Assembly (NCBI GenBank): GCA_020696385.1
Contig: JAEHCQ010000004.1
Location: 192,997 to 256,996 of the forward strand
Direction of reading: 5' to 3'
Length of the DNA stretch: 64,000 nucleotides
Origin: Methanobacteriota archaeon
Lineage (GTDB): Archaea > Thermoplasmatota > Thermoplasmata > SG8-5 > JAGLSY01
Shown here: in pieces, positions 40,365 through 49,900 of the stretch
How positions within the stretch are numbered: position 1 is the first letter of the stretch
Layout of the letters: each line of letters begins with the position of its first letter
Position numbers and translations under genes: made by a program
Notes under the pieces: generated by a model
Databases searched by the model: none
The model's input: the letters and a program-made list of their open reading frames with translations, nothing else
Told to the model about the DNA's origin: nothing

Positions 40365-42359
40365 TTGAAAATTATGATTGGTCAGGAAGCTACTATGAAA
40401 AACACGGATAAGATCGAGGGATTCAAAACATTATTGAGGGGCCGTGACGGCCTTTGGGAGTGTATGGAGAATCTGGATGATGGCGATATATCCAATTCCG
40501 TAGAATGCTTTGATATTTTCATTAAGAACAACCCTGATGATATAGATGGCCACATAGGAAAGGCATTGGCCATTTATGAGACTGGCAGGTGGGAAGATGC
40601 CATTAAGGCTCTGACTGAGGGTCTGAAGCTGGATCCTACATATGAACTGGGTCTTTTGATCCGGGCAGAAATGCTAAGGGCGAATGGAAAGCAGGAATTC
40701 GCCTTGAAATTCTATGATAAATTATTATCGATAGCACCTTCAGATGAGAATTATATAGCAAATAGGGTCGAAATACTCAAGGAACTTGGCCAATACGAAG
40801 AAGCTGAGCAGCCAATTGAGGAAATAGATCAACCTGTAGAGGAAGTTGATCGACCTGATGATGAAGCAGAGATACCTGCTCAGTCAGTTGAGCCAGATGC
40901 AGGCGATTGGGATGCCGGTGCGATCGGTGGCGAATCACAAGACGAATCCTTTGTTACCGAACAGCCAGAGGCCATAGAATCAGATTCTGAAGCTTCTTCT
41001 GATGAGGATCCACTTACCGAAAAGGTCATGATGTTCAGAGGGATGAAAGTAACTAGATCATCCGAGTCAACCTTTGAAACAGCTGATGAAGAAGAGACCT
41101 TGAAGGTGATAAAGACCAAAAAAGAGGATGTAAAAAGAACATCCACTCCACATGACAAATGTCCAAAATGCGGTTTCATGAAAGCCGAGACAGAGGCATG
41201 CCCCTTCTGCTCCATAGATGATGACCTCGCGGCTATCGAAGGAGGGGAGATATCCACCGAAGACTTTGTAGGTGAATTGGCTGATACCGATAGCCTTGAC
41301 GATCTGGATCTGGCAGAGCTGGACAAGTTAAGTGCTGAGGAAGAGATAATTGAAGAAAGTCTCCACTTCGAAGAGGATCTGGAGGAATTGGAGGAAATGG
41401 TCTGTGAGAGCTGTGGTGGTATTCTTGATTCATCAAGTGAGTTCTGCAATTCATGTGGCGTAGTGCATGATGATAAGGTCATGTACATGAGGGGGACCAA
41501 AGTCTCCAAGGTATCGACCGACGATAAGCCCATCCTCAATAATTATGAAGAAGATAGATGGTCTTCTTTTGTAGACAAGACAAGATCCGAAAAGAGCCGT
41601 AGTGTAAATATCATCGGAGTTTTCTCTATAATATCTATCGCCATATATCTGATATTCCTGTCCATGTTGGAATTATATGACAGCATATTCGTTGAATTTG
41701 ATTCAATATCTTTCTTCCCGAATATCATCATCTTTTTACTGGGCTTTGGAGCCCTGTATGGTGGAGTGAACATTGCCAGAAACTCCATTGTCTTTGATCA
41801 TTTCCTTGACTCTATCTTCGAGACCGAGGTATATCCTAGATTGGAACCCGCTCTTGAGGAGGTCGCGCAGGTGCAGGCTCGTCTGGAGAACATCGAGGAA
41901 AGGATAGACCGTATGAACCTGAACATCGCTAGGTCCAAGCAGTACCCATCAGCCGCCGAGTTCCCGGCAGTTGCGATATCCAACAGAATATCATCCTTCC
42001 TCAAGATGGTGATCGTGACCAATATAACGATTGGAATAATGATATATGTAATTCTTTATCCTGGTAGCTACGTGCCCTATATCTTCACCATAATGTTCAT
42101 GCTATGGTGGGGTGTCATTACAGATGATTATAAACTATGGAAGAATGCGATATCATGGGCCTGGGCTATCATTCCTATATTTGCTGTACCTTTCATGTCC
42201 ATATTCCTTTATGTCGTCATACCAATTGGCTCCCTTATCGGGCTTGTTGGCGGCTTCCTCATGATATACACCTATGCTTACTTCGCCTGGGTTAGATATT
42301 ATGTCGAAGGAAAACTCCCATTTGACCTATATGAAGCCCAACTTGAAGAGGAAGAATAA
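40365..42359 (+). CDS. TPR + acidic linker + zinc-ribbon + multi-pass membrane protein
   Basis: N-terminal TPR-like helices, CPKC..CPFC and CESC..CNSC, coiled coil between TM groups; ATG 40395 is a likely start. Confidence 0.7.
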   Translation: MKIMIGQEATMKNTDKIEGFKTLLRGRDGLWECMENLDDGDISNSVECFDIFIKNNPDDIDGHIGKALAIYETGRWEDAIKALTEGLKLDPTYELGLLIRAEMLRANGKQEFALKFYDKLLSIAPSDENYIANRVEILKELGQYEEAEQPIEEIDQPVEEVDRPDDEAEIPAQSVEPDAGDWDAGAIGGESQDESFVTEQPEAIESDSEASSDEDPLTEKVMMFRGMKVTRSSESTFETADEEETLKVIKTKKEDVKRTSTPHDKCPKCGFMKAETEACPFCSIDDDLAAIEGGEISTEDFVGELADTDSLDDLDLAELDKLSAEEEIIEESLHFEEDLEELEEMVCESCGGILDSSSEFCNSCGVVHDDKVMYMRGTKVSKVSTDDKPILNNYEEDRWSSFVDKTRSEKSRSVNIIGVFSIISIAIYLIFLSMLELYDSIFVEFDSISFFPNIIIFLLGFGALYGGVNIARNSIVFDHFLDSIFETEVYPRLEPALEEVAQVQARLENIEERIDRMNLNIARSKQYPSAAEFPAVAISNRISSFLKMVIVTNITIGIMIYVILYPGSYVPYIFTIMFMLWWGVITDDYKLWKNAISWAWAIIPIFAVPFMSIFLYVVIPIGSLIGLVGGFLMIYTYAYFAWVRYYVEGKLPFDLYEAQLEEEE

Positions 42360-42361
42360 TA

Positions 42362-43834
42362 ATGACCAGTTTATCATCTATATGTGAGGATCATCTTGGA
42401 TGTTCCTCATTACCAAAACCCCTTGCCGTTCTATTATTATCATTAATATTTCTCATGCTGATCGGTTTGCCAACAGCAGCACAGGAAGACCCCCCCATGA
42501 ATGCGACTGGTTACAATCATTGGCTGGAGATCATGCAGGGTGATATACCGGATTCCGAGCAGGTGGAAGCTGATAATATGCTACTGGTCCATGATACCAT
42601 GTTCTACGTGGTCCCATGGTATGAGTCCCGGGTTTACATGAGCATTCCAAATGGCGCGGAGGTCGTGTATATACTCGATGTTCACAACCTGTTCAATAAT
42701 GGTTCATGGGGTCAGTCCGAGTATGTGGATTGGTACTATTGGGAATTCGAACAGGGTGCTGATAGAGATATGTACGCCTTCGTGGAGCATGATTCAAGTG
42801 CTGTTTTTTCCCAGGGTGATTATGATGCAACTCTGTTCGATATCAATGACAATGGAACATCACTGAAGTCAAACATCACATATGGCGAGTACACGTCACT
42901 CAGCATCACCAATTCCGAGATCGTGAACTTCACATCCGCCAGTCCTATTTTCAATTCCAACTCGAGTAATGTGACCTTTCAGTTATCCAATGATAATGGA
43001 ACAACATGGATCGCATGTGGTAGTGGTGAGACTATAGATTTCACAACCAGTGGTAATGAGCTGAAATATCGGGCTATCTTATCAGATAATCCAGTCACCC
43101 AGCCGGATATTTCCAATATCACCATAGAATATTCATACACACCCCAGTCCACCATCATCGCCCTCAGATCTGAATATGTGATATTCAGCGAGACCGATCC
43201 CCTCAGTTTCAATATGCAGAAACAGCTTATGTACGATATAAGCGATGTCAATATCCTATTCTATCATGACCCTGGCTTTGAACCCGGATCCGATAATATC
43301 ACATGGATGCAACATTATGAGATAAATCCCGCGATGCTTGAAGCATTTGAAAAGCCTGGCAAGGAGGTTCATATAGGCTCGGCGACACCCGGTCTTCTGA
43401 TCTCTATGTCACTTGTGGAGGGACATGGAGATGATGCCGCTGGTCCCAATTATTACCTCTATTCCATCATAGCTGTTATAATAATAATTTCATTGATGGG
43501 CATTTACCTGTCAAGGAAAGACTCTGACCTGGAAGGTGATGACTTGAAAGATACAAGTTCATCCGAGACCCTGGAAGATGGCGAACCATCCGAAGATGAG
43601 GCTGATAAGGACGATGACATAGAGAAAGCGGAAGTGCCAGAAAACGAGGACACTGAAGCATTTGTGGAAGTCAATGATGATTTTTCAACTCAGAAAGAGA
43701 ACATCCTGAAGGCCATCAAGAAGCTCGATGCTGACCTGGAAAGCGGTGACATATCAAAGGATGTCCATACCGAGCTCAAAGCCAATTACAAGAAGGAAGC
43801 GGTTAGGGTAATGAAGGAACTGGATAAGCAGTGA
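42362..43834 (+). CDS. Hypothetical single-pass surface protein with CcmI-like C-terminal motif (paralog of 23754..25457)
   Basis: Shared VPW...VY.SIP.G, S.D.G..W, TP.I..I.IEY blocks; tail IKKLDADLESGDISKDVHTELKANYKKEA. Confidence 0.7.
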   Translation: MTSLSSICEDHLGCSSLPKPLAVLLLSLIFLMLIGLPTAAQEDPPMNATGYNHWLEIMQGDIPDSEQVEADNMLLVHDTMFYVVPWYESRVYMSIPNGAEVVYILDVHNLFNNGSWGQSEYVDWYYWEFEQGADRDMYAFVEHDSSAVFSQGDYDATLFDINDNGTSLKSNITYGEYTSLSITNSEIVNFTSASPIFNSNSSNVTFQLSNDNGTTWIACGSGETIDFTTSGNELKYRAILSDNPVTQPDISNITIEYSYTPQSTIIALRSEYVIFSETDPLSFNMQKQLMYDISDVNILFYHDPGFEPGSDNITWMQHYEINPAMLEAFEKPGKEVHIGSATPGLLISMSLVEGHGDDAAGPNYYLYSIIAVIIIISLMGIYLSRKDSDLEGDDLKDTSSSETLEDGEPSEDEADKDDDIEKAEVPENEDTEAFVEVNDDFSTQKENILKAIKKLDADLESGDISKDVHTELKANYKKEAVRVMKELDKQ

Positions 43835-43911
43835 TATCTATTGATCTGATCTATGATAAATTCAATGATATTCAATTATTTGATAATTAATTCTAAATTG
43901 ATAATTTAAGA

Positions 43912-46900
43912 TCAAGAGCCGAAATCTGTCTTATGACATTCCCAATTTGGATATGTATTGGCTGTTCCTGATGGATTAGCTCCAGGATAAAGCCAAGTCC
44001 TTGGAGTCCCAGAAACAAAGATCGAGTAATATCCATTTGCATGCGCGCCAGTGCCGTACATCTCATTATCCGCTCTGGATGGTAAGAAGTGGCATGTCCT
44101 ACATGGAACTTCGCCATTCTCTGTGAAGTCACCATCATTATCGAAGTCCCACATATCTCCTTCCTCAGCATCCTGATGAGCTCCAGTTGTATGCGGATAA
44201 GAACCAGGATGATCCACACCTGTGGTTCCTTCAACATACATCTCGATCCTGGATCCATGGCAGTTACCACATCCAACCGCTGGATTATCCCAGTCTGCTG
44301 TTGCACCTGCCCAGTTGCCCCAACTATTATCCACTCCAGCCACACCTCCTGAATTATCATCCACAGCATTACTGTGGCACCATGTGTTCGTGCAGGTCTG
44401 TGTTGCCGCAGTATATGTGGGGTTGGTCCCTCCCCAGTTGAATTGATCCGAGATGGATGCTGGATCAACTGCTGTGTATACCTGTGTGGTCATATCCACA
44501 TGCTGGCTTGTTCCATAAGTACCAAGACCAGCGGTCGGTGGAGTATTGTAATGGCATTCTGAGCAATCATAATCATACCATGCGAAGTAAACATCCCACC
44601 ATGGTCCGCCATCGTAATTCGTGATGCCGGCCCCATCGCCCCATGTTGTGCCTGCGCTTATTGCATCATATTGGAGAACCCAGTGATCTGCCGTGAGTTG
44701 CTCATCCGTGGCTATGGTAAGCAATGTAGTGCCGCCATTAGTACTCTCTATGATGATGGTCTCCTTGAAACCGCCTCTTCCATCATAATTGCCATCATGA
44801 TCGGCATCCATGTATGCCACCCGGTCAACCGCGTTCGCATTGGATTGGATGTGCTTCCAGGTTCCAGATGGTCCAGCTCCTGTGTACAGTCTTTCTCCTT
44901 GCTCCCAGTAGGTTCCGTCGCCATCCATGTCGAAGCATATGGATTCCTGATAATCGTAAGCATTATCACCGTTAGCATCTGCCCACCAGACATCATCTGT
45001 GGCAACAAAGCGAGTTATATCTGCCAGACCTGGAGTGATAATCTCATCTGGTGAACCAACACCATTCAAACGTCCTGGATCAAGCAGGTAAACGCCGTCA
45101 TTATCGCTTATGACGGCCTCATTCGCATCATATGCTCCATCTCCGTCATTGTCGATGTATGCCAGGTTTCGCGTCGCGCCCCACGCGCCTCCAAAGTTAC
45201 GCGTGTGCTTCAGATGGCTGGCACTGTTTCCAGTGACAGTGCCGCCCAGCTCTCTGTCGGCTCCATCATTGTAATTCGGCATACCGTGGCAATCGCCGCA
45301 GGTCATGGCTGTTAATGAGTTCCATGCGGGAGTGGTGAAGTATATGTCTCCAGCTCCCCCGATATCATATCCATTGCTGTGACAGTAGATATTGTCACAG
45401 GTGTCATCACCATTGTAGGCTGGAGTTACACCACTACTACCGCCATATGTGCCAATGCCAGCGGGGTCGAACAGTACATCCACCTTTCCATCAACGTGAA
45501 GGGTGCTTCCATATGTTGTGTCGGTCCAGCCAGCGGCCGAGGTCCCTGCCACATAATGACATTCTGAACAATTGAAATCATACCAGGGGTCTGCATCTGG
45601 TATGTTATTGCTCGTATGCCTTCTGTGAGCGTAAGATGTCATTGGTATATCGTGGCAATCCCCACACCCTACATTATCCGCGAGCCAATCCGGTGTCACG
45701 CCAGGTGAGAATCCACTGGCATTACCATCACTGTGGCAGTATGTATTGGCGCATAGTGAATTGCTGGTCGCATTGTAGGTCGGTGAAAGTGCATTGGCAT
45801 ATGTCGCTATGCCGACCGTGGATGGAGCGGTTGTATTGAACCTCACCTGCAATGTTCCATCTCCATGCTCGGCTGTTCCATAGGTGTTGTCATACCATCC
45901 ATCTTGATCTCCAGCTGAATTGAAATGACATTGCGAACAATTGTAATCGTAATCTGGAATACTCCAATCAACAACGATATGCTTCACGTGTTGGTAGGAA
46001 TCTGCACCACAGTCTATTCCACCTGGGTGACATGCTCCGCCCCATTCCCTGCCATCTGGATGGCAATTCGCATCATTGACATCACAGGTTCCATATGAGG
46101 CATCGCCTTCTAAAAGTGAACCGGTATTGTCTGGGTATAGATTGGCCGTGGTGATATAAGCGTCAAAGTCACCAGTGAAATCGAAACTGATCTGTCCGTC
46201 AATGTGGGAGAAGGTATTGTCCCCTGGTAAGTATAGGCCAGTCTGCAGATGGCATTCACTGCATATCATATTCGCCCTGGCTGGATTGAGATGTCCAGTA
46301 TGGCTTCCTGTCTCTATTGGGGTTGTATCTGCCCATTCTCCGCCGTGGCATAGATCACAGGCCGCGGTAGTGGCATCTCCCCAGTTGGGAAGCCATGGAG
46401 TTATGGTAGCATCATCATCAGTAACAGCATCATGGCAATAAACATCACATGTATTTCCTGAAACATAATTGACCATGGTCCAGCCCCATTCGGTATTGGT
46501 CTGAAGACCAGGTGGGAATCCCGCGCCTGCATTGTCCCACCATGCTACATCGAAATCACCATCGACGTGGCTTGCGGTCCCATAGGTGCCGTCGGTGGAT
46601 GGACTGCCCGCAACGCTGTCCCAGTGGCATTCTCCGCAACGATAAACCTCTGCCTCCGCATGTTCTGGATGATTATTGGTCAAAGGCTTATTGCCCACGG
46701 TATTGTCTCCGTGGCAGCTACCGCCACCACCCGCACTGCAATAACTGGTCGCAGCATTATCCCACACAGGAGTTGGATCCTTCGCATTGCCATCTACACC
46801 ATCGGTCGGGTCGTGGCAGAAGATATCTGAACAGGTGTCAGTTCCGCTATTCCAAACTCCGGTGAAGGCGGCATTACCGAACTGTAATGCCAGTCCGGTT

Positions 46901-49900
46901 GCAGTGTTATTGAAAACGACCTGAACTTGCCCATCAACATGCTGTGATGTTCCATAAGTTGTGTCATACCAGCCAGAGCCAGCACCTGAACTTCCGGCCA
47001 CGAAATGACATTCTGAACAATTGAAGGTGTATGGAGATCCATTGCTATGCTTCGGATGGCTGGATGTTGTTGGTGCCATGTCGTGGCAGTCTCCACATGC
47101 GACACCTGGTGTGTCCCATTCAGGGGAGGCCGCGTTCCATGAGAAGCTAGCGGGGTATCCATCGCTGTGACAGTATGTGTTGTCACATTCCATATTGGTT
47201 GTCGTGTTGTAGGCTGGTGCCAGGTTATTGGCATATGTCGCAATACCGACTGTGGAAGGAGCGGTGGTATTGAACCTCACCTGCAATGTGCCGTCTCCAT
47301 GCTCGGCTGTTCCATAGGTGGTGTCGTACCATCCATCCTGGTCTCCAGCCGAATTGAAATGACATTGTGAGCAATTGTAATCGTAATCCGGTATGTTCCA
47401 GTCTGCAGCCATGTGTTTGCCATGCTCATTGGAGTCTGCACCGCATAGTATTCCGCTTGGGTGGCATTCTGCAGTTGGGTTATGTCCCTCTGTGGGATCA
47501 AATGGATAATTGTGCTTATAATGGCAGCTTGAAGAAGTACAGTCATCACGGCCACTCACGACCCATGATGTGGAAGTTCCATGGGTGGGTGGTGTTTCTC
47601 TGGGATCTGTAGCATCCACAACACCATTGTCAACAAGATGACATCCTCCAACTCCCATGTCTTGGTCGCCACATCCCTGGATACTGCTTCCTCCGAAGAG
47701 CTGGGCGCCATCATCTGTATCATCTGGTTTCAGTAAATGATCTGGATGGCAGTCCACACACTCCACGGTCCCGTCTGCATCGATAAGGGTGCTGGTGGTG
47801 TGCTTCGCACCATCATTGGTGAAGCTCGTGAAGATGTCCTTCATCCACGGTGTGCTGGCATCCTGATATGGAACTCTCGAGTCCAGATCCGAGTAATGGC
47901 ATACCACGTCGCAGAAGGCATTGTCCACATTGGTGTCCGCAGCCGCTGCATATGTTGTCCAGTCTATATCGACAACATGAGGGATATCATGCGGATACCA
48001 TGGCTCTACTGCCGTGTCATGGCAATCCTCGCAATGTGTGTAATCGTAATTTGATATTGATTCATTAAGATGGTTGATGTATTTTCCGCTTCCAAAGGGA
48101 ACTGGATTGGTTCCAGTATCATCATGGCAGTCGGCACAACTGCTGACAACTCTTGGGTATACCTGTTCGAAGGCCGTTGTGGATGTATTCCACACATTGA
48201 CGGTTTGATCTGGCTCTGTCCAAACTTGGATTATGAGGCCGGAACCGGGTGCAGATGAGAAATCATGCCACATGATATGTATCTCATCAATTGAAACTGT
48301 GTCCTGCTGTACGGCGTCCCCTGAGTTCGTGTCAATGACATTCAGGTATATCGGGCCGGACATCACGGGAATTGATGCGGAATATGCGGTCAATGCGACA
48401 TTGTTTACCGTTATCACAGGAGTATAAGGTCCTCCCTGAATTGTAGAATATCCGATATCGAAATCATCATCACCGGCTGCGCGGCTGGCATTGACCAGTA
48501 ATGTGAGATCGTCCGCTCCAGCGGGTATGGACTCTGTTCGCCAGATATGTTCGAGCGAGTAAGTGCCTCCGACTGATTCGATCCATTGAATTCTTATTCT
48601 TTCAATGGTAACATCATCCGCCTGGCTATCAACAGCATTATCATCCACCACTCTGAGGTAAAGAACACCGGAAGTAGCTCCCGGGAAGTTCCAGTTGTAT
48701 GAAGTGAGTGTATCTGAGTTGATGGTTATCGTGGTCGGATTGTATGTCGCATCATCCGTGGACCATTCTATGGTGAATGTATCATCGGAGCCAGTATTGT
48801 AATTTCCCTCGACATAAAGTGTCAGGGTCGTCGCTCCCGCAGGTATATTGTCCGTGCGCCAACGATGCTCCAGCGAGGCCGTGACAGGATTGCTGACAAG
48901 ATGCTGTATTCGAACAATATCAATGACAACGCTATCCGCCTGGCTGTCTGCTCCATTATTGTCCACAACACTCAGATAAAGAACACCAGATGTTGCTGCT
49001 GGGAAGTTCCATGAATAGGTGGCCATGGCATTGGTATTTATGGTTATTGTCGTTGGATTATAAGTCACATCATCAGTTGACCAGTATATCGTGAATGTAT
49101 CGTCAGAGCCAACTGGATTGTACTGCGCATCCACGAAGAGTGTGAGAGTATCTGCTCCTGGGGCTATATTGTCCGTTCGCCATCTATGCTCGAGGCTGGC
49201 AACAACTGGAATGTTCTCATACCATTCCAGGCGAATTGTATCTATCTGGCAGGTGGTGAGTAATGCATCTCCTGTATTGTCATCTATTATCTGGATGTAA
49301 AGAACACCGATCTCGCCCAGTGGGAAAGTGAATGGCGCGTAGGTGGTCATCGCGACATTGTTTATGTTTATGCCAGTATCCACATATGATATATCATCAT
49401 TTGACCAGAACACACTGAACACATCATCCCCTGGAGCTGTTGATAATGCTCTCACATAAAGATTGAGAGCGGTGTAGCCAGCCGGAATGCTGTCCGTTGT
49501 CCATTTGTGCTCCAGTGAAGGAGCTCCTCCAGCAGTGGTCACAATGACCTTGATGTAATCGAATGATACCGCATCGCCTCCTCCTCCATCATTGTTCTGG
49601 AATCTGACGTCCAGGGTGGATATCTGAGCCAGAGTGGTCACACCCTGGGCAAAGAGATTGTATTGTGCAGTGAGATCCACTTGTCCATTTGTTGGCGTTA
49701 TGCCTGTGGTTGCCTGTGCTCCACCATTCAGTGCCCAAGTGATGGCATTTGATCCAGTGTATCCTCCTTCAACAGAGTATTGGACCTCCAACATGACTCC
49801 GGTCACAGTTCCGCTCATTCCACCAGTGTTGAAGGCATCCATGAAAAGGATCCTGTTCTTATCAACAGTGTACCAGCCATCACCTGCTGCTACCGCACCC

